A DNA stretch of 63,930 nt, filler included, from Trichosphaerium sp. ATCC 40318 (Eukaryota > Protista > Tubulinea), in the NCBI GenBank assembly GCA_038496445.1. It is 3 parts of 3 records of this genome, joined end to end, with 100 filler letters (N's around TTAATTAATTAA, not from the genome) between each part and the next. Parts side by side here need not be neighbours in the genome. Positions count along the whole stretch, not along the records: positions 1 to 30,896 come from JALMLS010000145.1; 2 more parts are not named here. The stretch is one strand, 5' to 3'. Below are positions 12,592 to 25,400 of this stretch, one piece after another. The notes under the pieces were generated by a model that did not search any database, had not been told where the DNA came from, and was given only the letters and a program-made list of their open reading frames with translations. Position 1 is the first letter of the stretch. Each line of letters starts with the position of its first letter. The translations under genes were made by a program, and so were the position numbers.

Positions 12592-14480
12592 GACTTTTTT
12601 TTCCTACAAAAGCGCTAATTTGCTTTAAATATTATTAATAACGTACTTTTATAATAAATGAAGACGCCACGCTAGGTTGCGTTGAATTAAAAAGGTATTC
12701 AATTGTGAACCAAAAAAAAAGTCAAGGCTAATCTAACACAAGCGCTGTATGTTGATCCACAAAGGCTCAATGCTTAAATATTCTACGTTTATAAGACGTA
12801 CCTGGGTTTGAAAGCGTAAATTATGCTTGTTTTGTACAAAAAAGTTGAAACATTGTATATAAAGCAATACCTACGCGTAGTGAGGCTAAACTGAAGATTT
12901 CAATTGCTTCTGTTAAGTTGTGCGATTTCTTGGTGCGAATAGCGTTTTTTTGTATGGAACTAACGGCACTACCACCTACTGTATACCAAGCTTTGATTGC
13001 AGCGTATAAAACTTCTACTTTTTAATCCAATAACTACCTGATAAATTTGTGCCTTCATCCAATCAGCGTGTCAAGAAAATGAGAGATAGTTCCTGCTTTT
13101 CTTTGATACAGTCTGCAAAGACGACAGTAAACAAAAAGGAGAGTTAAAATACCGTTATCTAAGAAGTTTTAGCACTTGTTCGTTTAGACGTCGTGCCCCA
13201 ACTACTTGTCCTATCAAATATGTCAGCTCCGTACCAATGATTTGAGGAGTGCTGTGTAGTCAAGGTACCTTCTACGGTTCAGTATTACAAAGCGATTGAG
13301 ATACAAAGACAAATATATTTTCATAGCACTGTGTAAACATGTCCGTGATGAAATGAGATACTGCTGTGATTCTTGTTGGAGCATGGAGCCATACGATGTT
13401 TTCACTGCCCATAAGCCCATCAAACCAAAGATTATGTAGTGCCAATGGTACAATTATAGACATTAGGGATAGCACTAAAAACAGCTCTCCATTGGTGATC
13501 AAGATGCTTTGTTGTAAAGTCATTGCAAGACCCACTCTAGGTGTTGATGCGTTTCGAAAATTGCATATTGATCGATTGTCCTAACCAAAGGCTCATCAAC
13601 AATGGCATTACGAATACGGTAAGCTGTACAAGAGCTGATAGTACTGCACAACAGATTGTACCTCTTCATGCATTGCGCACGTGCTATTCCACAAAGTCGT
13701 GCTCTTGTTCCTGTTGCTCTACCCAATGCAATCGCTGTTTGAAGTGGTATTAAGTATCAGCCTCTAGGATTGGCAATCAACATGCAAGAACTACAACCTT
13801 AGTACAACTTGCATACATAAGAAACAGAAGCCCAGATCTATATCCAATACAACACTAATACCTGCATCAAAATTCTATGTGGAAAAAAGCTTGCTAACGG
13901 AACATGGCTTCACCACAGGCATGACAGCTTTAAGATGCCATAACTACCATAAAATCTCAAAATTAAAATTACGTAGTACGGTTCATCAGCGACTTGTACA
14001 TGTGCTCAGAACCATGAACCATAAAAAACTTGTACTATGTAAACTATACAACCTGTAAACTTATCTTTTCTTAACTTGTTGTACGTTCCAATTTCCACAA
14101 CTTATGCTTGCGTCTCATTAACAAACCATACACGTCTGTACAAGATTTAGCTTGTCTTATTTTAGGTGACAACAACTTTTTCTTCGACAAGTTAATGTTC
14201 CGCATGTCAGCCGTAGGTATGCTTCTCAACAATGCAAGTTCGCTGCATGTTCATTACTCCATTCGGTCCAAATTCCACGTCTTTCATTCCTTCCACTATG
14301 TTGATAATTTATTGCTATGGGCATCGTTTATAATCTGAAATGAGTATTAGCTGGTACAATCAAACCTACTTTGTGCAAATTTGTGTTTACTCCTGCATTG
14401 AATACAACCTTTTCTCATGTAAACACAGCATTCCCTTTCAAAGCATTTAGCACTTTACCATATGTATTTTGACATAGTTC

Positions 14481-14575
14481 TTTAATGCCTCATCACTAAA
14501 GGTTTTTTGTATACTCCATCAAGTGCTTTGACGCCTTTATCAGGTATTGCATTGGTTCTAAGATAAATTTCATCC
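14481..14575 (-). pseudogene. Relic of the 22-aa LRR family
   Basis: Minus strand translates DEIYLRTNAIPDKGVKALDGVY, matching the TDEGVKALAGVH repeat of 49044-50243. No intact ORF. Confidence 0.55.
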
Positions 14576-15576
14576 AGAAAGTGCTTTGTTGCTAAAGTGT
14601 GAAAAGGTAAATGTGAAGTAGCAAGTTAGTATTATGTCATTAACCTTCTAATAGCGCACTTGCTTTGTTACATTTTAGTTCTTTATTGTTGATTATTGCA
14701 GAATTTCAAAGGATCGACTGTATCTCTCAGCAATACTTGGTTGCAATTGTGTTATTGTTCCATCAGTACTTTTTTCAATACCACTTGACTTTGTTTGTTT
14801 CACTGGCGTCATTGTTAAAACGATAGCAAGAATAAACCCTGTTTGAAGTATCCTCTGAATTACTTGGTATCACTTCAATTATCACATGCTCTTTTTGTTG
14901 ATATAAGAAGCAAGAATATCTAATCCAAGTAACACACATTACAGAAAAAAAAAGAAGAAACAATAAGATTTGAATGTTTCTTTGTGAACAATCTTTCTTG
15001 TTCTGAATCCCATGTAACGTAAACTTGCACCGTATACAATACCTACCGTAGCAAAGCTTATAGCATGTAAAAGACCAGCAACATAGAGCGTTCTAAGCCT
15101 GAACCGACAACAACAGCAATATAACCAGGCTCTATGCTGAACAAAGTGTAAAAGACAACAATATTACAATGTACACCCTTGTTCATGGAATTAGCAATTA
15201 ATATCTAAGAAAGGTGAGTAACAAAGAGCTTCATGAACATCCCTGGTCTTGGTTCAATATTAACGCCCTGAACTTCCATTAACAACAGTTTCATCAGAAG
15301 AAGAGTTTAGATTTGTACCTTGTTCAACAAACAACTGTCATCTTTAGTCAACGGTTCGTCTTCTATGACATCCTACCACATGAATGTGATATGAATCTAT
15401 GAGAAGGTATGCCCTTAACTATAATAAAAAGGTTCCTACACACTGTGGACAAGATTTAAAGCTTGTGATTTGGTGAACATATTATGAATGTCCAAGCAAC
15501 TGAGCACAATTGACATGCTATCAACCTCCATCTCAGTTGCTCGTCTTGCTGTCCATTTGTGACAGCCTCATATTTA

Positions 15577-15799
15577 GTATGAACCGTAACTCCTATATAA
15601 AGTGATAATTACGTTGAAATATATTATGGTATAGTTAATTACAGCGGATACAGGCGATTTCAAGTACGTAGACATCTGAAAATTCGATTTTTGTGATAGA
15701 TTTTTTGTAACAAAGTTGTTTCACATAACCTAAGAAAACAAGTTCGGGGCCTTGTAGTTAAGTGGTAAAATACTTGATTTGGGTTCAAGTGGCCCTGGT
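15577..15799 (+). repeat. Right arm of the 223-bp inverted duplication
   Basis: Reverse complement of 12369-12591. Confidence 0.92.
15748..15799 (+). pseudogene. 3'-truncated tRNA-Pro(UGG) copy (first 52 nt, broken at the T-loop)
   Basis: Identical to the tRNA through CCCTGGT, then GAAGAGG instead of TCGATTCC. Confidence 0.85.
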
Positions 15800-16039
15800 G
15801 AAGAGGAAAAAAGCATTGCAAAGCACTTAAAAAAGGTGGTAAGCTACTTAAAATCATGTGATGCAGTGGTTGTTTGTGTTTGCAGCGTGTGGTATGTGGT
15901 GGAGGCGAAGATTCAGAGTGAATGTGGATGGGTAGTTGGTAACAGAAAATGGGAAGCAACAAGACGGTTACACGACCGAGTATCAAGTTAAGGTACAATC
16001 TAGTACGTTGCACTTAACGCCTAGAACAATCTCTGTAAA

Positions 16040-16350
16040 CAGCCCCTTTGGGCCATAGGCTATGAATGGATAATTGAACGAATGAAAGACTATGTAAAAG
16101 AATAAGCATGGTTGGACAGGTCATACAGTGGGTAGCGGGCAGGTTTTATGCCTAGGGAGGCTTTTCCTGCAGGATAGAGGTTTTGCTCAATAGTATTCCT
16201 CTGACATTTTTCTTTTGTTTTTTGGATTTTTTCATTTTCTTATTGTAAGCCTTACGGCTATGTCGGGTGGGTGGCGAATCACTCATAGCGGCCTGCATTG
16301 CGCCCAGTTAAGTCATCCCCATACACTAAACAATAAACAACAACAACAAC
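16040..16350 (+). mobile_element. 5'-truncated non-LTR retroelement (LINE 3' end or SINE) with (CAA)n tail
   Basis: 15-bp direct repeat AACAATCTCTGTAAA at 16025-16039 and 16351-16365. The insert ends AATAAA-(CAA)n and starts with an ORF tail QPLWAIGYEWIIERMKDYVKE*. Confidence 0.85.
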
Positions 16351-16390
16351 AACAATCTCTGTAAATTTCTCGACTGCAGCAACAATAGTC

Positions 16391-17313
16391 ATGAATACAT
16401 TAGTAGTTTATTATTGCACCCATGCTAAGGTTGGCTACATTTGTGAACCTGTGCTTCCTTGACGCTGATTGTACTGGAACAGAAGTATGCGCAATTGACT
16501 GTAATTTCCAAGCGTGCTCCAAATGCCAATCAACCCCATTCATTAATTATGACAACTTCACTGTTATTGTAAATGAACTAAAGAAGATGTTGAGTGGGAA
16601 TCCGTGGACTATAGACAGTTTCTACAGCGATATAGGCTCAGATTTGATTAACAGGTATGAATCATGGTCATGGAACGCCAAGGGTACAGCACTACGCAAC
16701 ACTATATCTAGAATAAGGATATGTAAAATACAGTAAAATATTAAGAAGTAAACTAACAAAACCTTAGAGGTCAACATGGGTGATTCAATTGATGGAACGT
16801 TTTATCATTCATCTAAAGTATTATTCTTTGTTCAATGATACACATATTCAATCACAAACTGTGTTTATTAACAGCGAAACTCTTGATGATGGATCTGTTG
16901 TGCTATCAAGTTCACCAGCGCCTCTTGTAGCATTCTATCCCAAAGTGCAAAGGTTCTCTCTTGTAAACATAACTACGCACTTTAACTAAATAAACAACCC
17001 AAGTCATAATGCTATTAAATAGCACAAATCAACTCAAATTCTATTTTGTTCTGTATTGGGATTGACTTGCGTTGTCACGGCATAAAAACGGGCAATTGGC
17101 CAAACACTATCTATACTACGATAGGCAAGCTAGATGGGATTTGGGGGGGCTGTGAGGAGATGATGTGTTACCAACGGGTATCGGCACATGCACCAGCAAT
17201 TTTTGATTACTTTCTTTATCAATTGTTTCCGTCCTATTTGTTACGCCCTCAGTTATGAGGTATGAGAGCGCCCACTTTATTGCTGTTGCTTGGACCACCC
17301 AACCTGGATGGTA
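16391..17313 (+). pseudogene. Hypothetical Cys-containing protein, probably pseudogenised
   Basis: Exon-like ORFs at 16422-16736 and 16780-16989. The best frame of the last segment has two in-frame TGA (GGL*GDDV, SNF*LLS). Confidence 0.35.
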
Positions 17314-17443
17314 AGGTACACGTCAGTAAGTTGTAGAAGAAGAAAAAGATAACTAAATAAATAGAGGAACGAGAAAGAAAATTCCACCAAAACGTGGTTT
17401 AATTAGTGTACACCTCTTTAATATGCACAAAATTACTCTACAT

Positions 17444-19580
17444 TTAAGCATTTTTTGTTACAGCTTCTCTGAATTTTTGTATTATTTGTACGTAGGGGAC
17501 CAATGTGTCAACTTGTTTGTTATTTTTCCAAAAGTGAAAAGCTGGCATATGGTTTACTCCATACTTATCGTACAAATCTTTTCCTTGAGGCTCTTCAACA
17601 TCTACTCTTAAAAAAACAATGTTCTTATACTGTTCTTCATTTGTTAGTTGACCAAAAGCTTCTGTGACTCCTCTACAAGGTATACACCTAAGCAAACGTT
17701 AAGGATTTTTTTTATCACGTGATCGTAAGTAAACAATCAAATATGTACCAATCAGCGTAATAATATACTACAACAAGGTTTCGTGTCCGTACAAGTTTGC
17801 TGAATTCATCAGAATGGTGTATCTGCAAAGATGGTCGTGAGTATAATGAGATTATACATTTTGTAAAACATACATGCTGTGCACGTCCAAAAACACCTTT
17901 TATAACAGCTGCAAAGGCAGACGGAACCTTTTGAATGCAATCACCCAAATCTAGAGCATCTGTATTCTCTTGTATCCATTCAATAAGCTCAGTAGCATCA
18001 GGATGATAGTTTGTTTTATCAAATCTAATTTCTTCATTTTCTTTGGTAAATAGTTTAATGTAAGGCACTGTTGCATTCTCAATATATTCACCATCTACAT
18101 CGTTGTTGATTATGTTCATTTGACAAATGACAACATCCTAATAACGTAGCATGTGAATAGCAACATTGATAACAATGGAAATGTACCTCAACGTGGGAAA
18201 GTGCTTGAGAAAGTGTATGCATCTGTCTTCGAGTAGTATATGTGTATCCTGATGAGGAAAACATTGTCAAGTCTAAGACCACGTGTTTCGATGTGGAAAG
18301 TACAACATCATGAAAATTATCTGCTACTACTCTCACCATGTTATGAGTAAATGTGTTGGGATCAGGTATAGGTTCTGAATGGAAGAAAGACGGAATAGAA
18401 TTCTATAAAAAAATACCTATTAGCTCGAAGTTGTTTTGAGGTTTGTACGTTTTCTACGGCTACAATAAAGTTTCGTATTGTCTCTTCAGTAATAACAGAA
18501 TCATTACAAATAAACTTATTACCATTAGCCTTTACAATGACGAGCTGTACTTCTTTTTTTGTCAGTATTTTAAGCCAAGTACGAACTCGTTTAAGTAACC
18601 TTCCAGCGTAAAAATAAGCACTGTAACCTTTTACAGGATTCAATGATACAGCTTTTAACTAGAAGATTTAAAGTTAGCTAATAGCTTATTTATAATGGTT
18701 AACACTTACTGCTTGCTCTGATCCTGGGCTTTTTTTATTCTTTATGACGATTACTCTATTGACTTCTTTATCAAGCTTTACGATGGTTTTGTTATTAATT
18801 TCAACATATTTGTAATTAACAACAAACTCAGCCAGGCCAAGAGAGCACAAAGCGTTTCTATCTGGAGAAGGTAAATTAAGTCTCCTACCATCATACCCAA
18901 CAAATCCAATAAACTCTGCATCAAGGTTCGTATCTTGAGGTCGTGCTGATATAAATTTTACAACAGCATATTTTCCTGAAAAAAATAAGAAAATTAAGAT
19001 GGATTCGTACGTATCAACAAATCTTTGTCTCTTTTCGATAACAATGTACGTACCATAAATAGCCTTTGGTAGTATAACTTCCACTTGGTCGTAAATTGTC
19101 ATTTCAAAGTAAAGAACGGGTTCTCCAGGTTGACCTGTGAGAAGATCAAACTTGTCTTGTGTCAAATCGTTGTATGTTTTCGTCATGTTGACGTCTATTG
19201 GAAATTCTGATACGAATACAATCCCTACGCGGTTATATTAAGGATGACGGACATGAGAAATAAAATAAACGCGGTAACGTTGTTTTTGGTCCAAAAAGCT
19301 TTGTAAAGCGTGTAAACGGTGATTGCATGCACGTACCGTTGAATAACGGCGAAGAACAATTCTTTTTAGGTGAACGGGCTATAAAGTGCGTCAAAGTAAA
19401 CCCATTATCGCTTCCACAGTAAGATAGTTCAATATCGATGTTTGTGGCGGCATTTCGACTGGAACAAAATAATCTTGATTTTTTAGTGTCTAGCACATTC
19501 GAAACGGGATAGTATTGAGGATCAACCGATCCCTTTTCGCAACGCTCCACTTTAAACTTTAAATGCTTTACGTTCGCCAT
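17444..19580 (-). CDS. Multi-domain thioredoxin/PDI-like protein with an N-terminal beta-sandwich-like domain and C-terminal WCIPC thioredoxin
   Basis: Spliced across several introns. PDI a'-like segment VRVVADNFHDVVLSTSKHVVL..VPYIKLF lacks CxxC. The final Trx domain reads VVYYYADW|CIPCR..VFLRVDVEE..YGVNHMPAFHFWKN. Confidence 0.8.
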
Positions 19581-20044
19581 TATTTGATATCTTTACCCTT
19601 GTAGTTCTTCCCTCTACGTTGCGGTGCTATGACAGTAAAAACAGGCTCTTAAGAAAAACACAAATGGCAAACGTTCACTTAAAACTCATTATGTTTTTTT
19701 TTTGTCTGCTACCCTTTTCCTAGAAAACATGTTGGGAAAGCTCATAGATATTGATATGTGTACGGCCTTGATTTATTGGTAGTAACGGTAGGCTTTGAGT
19801 GGTCAAATTATAAAACAATATATTTCGATAAACAAATTAGTGGGCTTTCTTTATTAAAAAGTAGAGTATTGTGCAATGACTGACAGTCGTATAGTGATGT
19901 TTTATTCTAATCTTACAAACCCCCAAAATTAACACAATAATACAATACGCCTTGTTGTAATACTTTTGGGATTTTTTGAGTATAAACAAACTAGTTCTTG
20001 AATATAGAACAAGTACTTTTTTTTCTGATACTTTTTTTTTCTTG

Positions 20045-22302
20045 TTACCAATCCAAGTCGATTTCTTCATCAGTATGCGCATCTGTTTCAAGTTCTGTGT
20101 ACCTGTGTTCTTCAATTTGAGATCCACCACGTAACCTTAAAGAGAAGGTTAACAACAGGTAGTTGAGATTCGTATTATCACAACAAAAAAGACTGCAAGA
20201 TTGTTTCAGTTTCAAAGAACATACCAGCTTCTGAACGCAGCATTAGTACGGTACAACAAGAATAATGTGCCAGCAATAATAACAAGTGTAGCTAATCCTG
20301 CAACGCCAGCTATGCCAAATGCTCCTTTACAAAGTTAACGAATTAAAACTGTTTGAAAGACTTACTGTATTCTTTAAAATTAGAATGAGGTGCTTGTGTA
20401 CTATTCGACGAACCAAGTGGTGCAGTTGGCTCTGAAGGGGATTCTGTAGGCGCAAGTGACGCAATAGAAGGAACAGATGTAGTTTGTGGTGCAATTTGTG
20501 GTTCAGGTGTTGGTGGTGGCGCTATGGAAGCGTTAGTAAAATGATGATGTCAAAGACTTTTTTAACGTACTTGAAGAGCAAGCTATTGTAGGCTTAGCAA
20601 GTGATATTGAATTACTTTCTATATCAAATACAACGTAATAGTTATCAAGAAACAATTTACCAAAAAGAATAGTATCACCACTCAATCCCTAAACACAAAC
20701 CCAAAGTGAGAATTTTTTTCAAGTAAAAAAACAAAGTGATTTTTTTGGTTTTCGTTGGTTGGCTCCCTAGTGTCTCTTCGTACAGTGTTTGCTAGTGACT
20801 CTATCGCGAAACGACGACATGGTTTATTGTTAGAGCCAATTTTGTGTTCGAAATACGCAGTTGGTGGTAAATTAAACGTATGACTTTGATTATCTCCATA
20901 TTGAAGTGTCACATTAATTTTTGGGTAGAAAAGAAGCAACTCCTTGTCTCCAACTTCCATACAAAAATCACTGTGAAAGATATTTTTATCATCTTTTATT
21001 GGCTTTCCAGTGTCTATGAAAGAGGGGAAAACATTAGTAAATGTAGAATACAGAAGAACATCCTAACGCACAATCACAAAGTCCTGGAATTAGACCTGTA
21101 CATAGACCAAAGAAATAATGTTTAAGTGCTTTGTATACACCACTAGGTACGTATATAGTTCTACTTGTATCAACAATACCTGTGTATACGCTTCCAGATA
21201 AAAGAGATCCTGACAAAGAAGAATAAAAGTTAATTAAACGTTTTTTTGTTACAAAAACGCAATTATTGATAAGAATGGCCTTGTACCTGCGTCTCCAAAA
21301 CCAAATGATGAAACTTGCAGGTTGTATGAAACAATATCCTTTTCCATAGGAATGGTAATAAAGTCTCCTGTGTATAATTCTTGTGACGGCTCACCAACTA
21401 CAAATACACCACCAGTAGTACCTTTTCTTTTGTGTTAAAAAAAAACCAATGTAAAACATAAAACTATTTGTTGCTTGACTGTACCTGTACAAATAGAAAA
21501 CGATTTTTTTAATCCCACTTCAAAGAGGGAAGATAGTGGATCTGTAAGACTAGGTCTCTTCTTTTCAGCTAAAGATACAACATAAGAACACGTGACTACA
21601 AAAATCTTTTGACTATTTTCACCTTTTGTTTGACCTAATCCCCAAGAACCATCTCGTACAAGGTTCCAACTCCCTTTTGTTTCTTCTGTGTACGCTATAA
21701 ATGAAGAATGCATATTTAAGCCGCTTATACGAACTTCATCAGTCACATAGACGCCTTGGAGAAGGATTGTCAGATAAATGCTCTCGATTATTTGAAAATC
21801 GAAGAAATCGGTATTTGTTGAATTTTGTACCTGTACGTTTTGTGCCGTCTGTGTACGTCCTAAGAGCTCCACAGTATTTTTTATTGTCTAATTCAATTGA
21901 TGAGAAGCAGTTATTAAGGCTGTAAGGTTCAATTGTTGCGTTTGAGTCTTTGTAGTTGTAAAGTTGTGATAAATGACTACAGGTGCTTTGCGGCTATAAA
22001 GCGTGAGTGCTAGGGTAAACGGGGAGGTTTCAGTAATACCTGCGAGGCGCAATTTAAACCGGCAACCAAAAGATCAGAGGTCGTTGTATCCTATAAATTA
22101 TAAGCAAAACGAGCGGTTTATGAGCGCTTCGTGCAATTGTGACTATGTACTCTTCATTTCCTATATTTATGCGTGTAATGTAATCATTAGAACCTCCCCA
22201 CAACGGTAGCTCTATTCTCTGTCGCGTAACGTTTGTCCCGCTTACAACACCCAAAATGCTTATAAGCATCGCTGTTGCGATTATTACGCTTGTGTGAGCC
22301 AT
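20045..22302 (-). CDS. Type-I membrane pepsin-like (A1) aspartic protease
   Basis: Signal peptide MAHTSVIIATAMLISILGVVSG; YITRINIG; first motif IDTTTSDLLV (across a GC-AG intron); DGSWGLG; second motif GIVDTSRTIYVP; ILFGKLFLDNYYVVFD; Pro/Thr linker, TM helix, cytosolic RYTEL tail. Confidence 0.8.
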
Positions 22303-22446
22303 GTCGTTGGGGTTCCTTTGAAAATCAGAACGATTGTTCAACCGAATTAGTTTGAACGAATTTTTAGACTTTTTGCGATTTTGTGGAGTTTGTAGGTTGT
22401 TTGCCGCCAACGTATCCATATTGCTAACAGCGGAGTTTCTGCTACA

Positions 22447-25400
22447 ATGGAAGCTATTTTACAGCAATTAATAGAAGCATGCACGAGATTTGCTGTATGT
22501 TGTATCTTAACCGTCAGTACCGTTAACCCATGCGTAGAAAAGCCCTACGCAGGCCAATGAGCAATATTTGGTTCAATTCAGACAGAATCATAATCTAGAA
22601 ACCTATCAGTTCGTCTTAGGTTATTATTAGAGCATCAGAATAACTACTGCATTGCTAACACTTGACAGAAAACTCGAATCATCCCCTGGCTAAATTTCAA
22701 GCTGTTCAAGGACTTCAATACAATATACTACGTAACTGGTATGCCTTTTGATCATCAGATCAGCTTTGTAACCAAAAAATCTTCAGGTCGACTCTGACAC
22801 CGGAAACTATCGTTCAAATAAGAGATTACTTACTGATTAGTTACCTATCAACGCCAAAGTACGCAATAACAATTCAACGATTAAAAAACCAAAATCCTTT
22901 GATCCAGCGCTCTATCATTTACTCTATGTGCGCTTTGTTGTTTACTGGGCTGTTTTTAGTGTACCGTACATGATTAAGGCTCAGGTGATACGCCTTGTTG
23001 CTGTTATTTCAAAACGAGCTTGGGTGACAGACTCTTGCGATACAAATGCTGTCACGCAAGGAATAAAAGCGTCATTGTTTGAAAAAATAACCCTTCTGAT
23101 TAATGGATCAGATGTTGAAGCAGTACGTAGTACCTGTAGATAGAAAACCAACCGTTTTTTTTGAAAGTATAAAAACGTGCCCTGATTTAATCTTTTAGAA
23201 ACTCATTTGTATGACCTTATGTTACGAGCTAGTAGTTCAGTTTGGGTCTGTAAAACATTTATCTGAGCTTGGTGCACCTTGGGAATTTCATCAAGCAGCG
23301 TTCATAAGCTTTGAGGTAACGAAACGTCGTACTTAGTTTTTTGTAAATTATTCCTTAGAATACTTCTTTGAAGCAAATCTTTCTCGTGGCGACTACTCTC
23401 ATGTCACAGCTTGTTCAAGGCGGTGCTCAAGTATTTAACTCTGAGCAAGGGAATACTTTGTTCACACGTACACTTCGTGTTATCACAGAATGTCTTTCTT
23501 GGCCATTTGGTAATCATGGTATGTCTTTTGTTTTTTGTTTGGCTGTCATCTTTTTTGTGCCTTCTAACGTTACTTAAAAAGGGTCTCTCGTTGGATTGAA
23601 ATCATCTACGCATAGTAAAACTATAAAACCGGGAGCACAATGGCGTGATGTGCTAATCAATAACTCTCCTATTGAGTTGTACTTTACTGTGCGCTTTCTT
23701 CGTTTTCACCTTTGTAATTATAACTTACAACCCTACAGCTATATCCTCTTGTAAGACCATACCCGAGGTTGGCTTCTATGATATGGCAAGGTATTGAGCA
23801 ATTGGCTTCAGTAAGTGGCAAGATATTCACATCGATAATGGAAAAACAAGTATACGTCACAAAAATAATTCACGTGATTCACTCCATAATGTTCATGTAC
23901 AATAGTAATAACCAATACATAATTTTAATATTTTTTATTAGGCAACCACCTTCTGCAGAAGAGGCTAGAGGTGTTTCTTCTATAATTATGAGGCTATTGT
24001 TTAATTTTGATTCACAACAAGTCATCGCTAAATTACCAGATGGAATGAGCGACACTTTTATTGATAATATTGCAAAGTTTACTACTGGTTGTTTGAAGAA
24101 TATGTACACTAGTACCTATGAAAATGATCAGTTATTATATACAGAAGCATTTGATGCTTTATTAGAAGCTTGGACACTCTTGAGTGCGTACATATAAAAA
24201 CTCTTGAAAAGCCTCAGTTTTCTTGTTTTTTTCTTGTTTTTTCTTTTAATGGTTCCACACCAACTAAAAGTATTTCATTAGTTAGCGACTATACAATTAT
24301 GGAACCTAACAAAGTGAATCCGTACATCAAGTATACGCGTACAATATTTACAACATACGTTGAAGCACGACTTCTTTTATCAAAAGCCAATATTCAACGT
24401 AACTCAATTGATGAACAAGAACAAGAGCCTTATGATAAGGTACTAAAAGAAACAACCCATATTTTTGCTTTATACTATTCTTTACTGTATTTTTTCAACG
24501 CTTCAAGAGCTCACCAGCTTTAAAAACAAAGGCTCACTTTAACCAAAAATGTGACTAGTTGGCTTTGACACATTTTAGATGTACTTTGATGATCAGCTTC
24601 AATCTATTGTGCATATTGGCAGGTTAGATACAAAAGACGCAACCAATAATTTACATGGTCGCGTTACCCAACTCCTTGACGAAATGACTGGACACGTACA
24701 AGCAGGAAGAGGTAACAAACAAAACAGTTTTTTTATTACTAAAATGAGTAGTCTTGGAATTTGTTGGTGTTGTAACTCAGCTTAAATGGATATTAAAGAT
24801 CAGTGGCCATTTGCTTACTGTAGATAAACATGAATCACCTCAATTACCAGTACAAATTAGACAAACATCCTTAAATGCAGAACGACAATGTGTACGATTT
24901 TATTTCCATCTTCACCTTTTTTTGTTTCACTTGTCTTAATGTTTGTGGTAGGAAGAAGATCCAATTATACGTCTCAATACCGCGTTATTTAGAATAGTTA
25001 ATCATGAGAATCAATGCATAAGTAATAAACAGGTATTTATTTTGCAACAAGTGAGAGTTAAAGAGTAAAACGGCAACTACTTTTTTTTTTTGAAACACGT
25101 GCTCTTTTTGAAAAACCCCGAATGTTCTGTTTGTTCTGACTCCTTTGCTCTAGATTAAGAAGTATTGGATTAAGTATATGGAAGGATCTGTCGGTTGGTT
25201 CTTAAAGCGATGGTCACGTGTTTTCTTGTACTTAGAACCAACAAGATTCACCAGCTCTGCTTTAATTCAAGCATATGGTAGAACAAGTGCAGGTGCTAGT
25301 TTACTTTACTAGCGTGTTTAAAACTCACACTTTTGTAGAAAGTACAAAGCTCCTTGATTTTCTCATAAGCCAGATACATAAAACGTTATGTACAGTGAAA

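Noticed and set aside
12700-15570. Possible transposase between the inverted repeats
   Set aside because: Only short stop-ridden frames. No DDE, tyrosine-recombinase or HUH motif was recognised.
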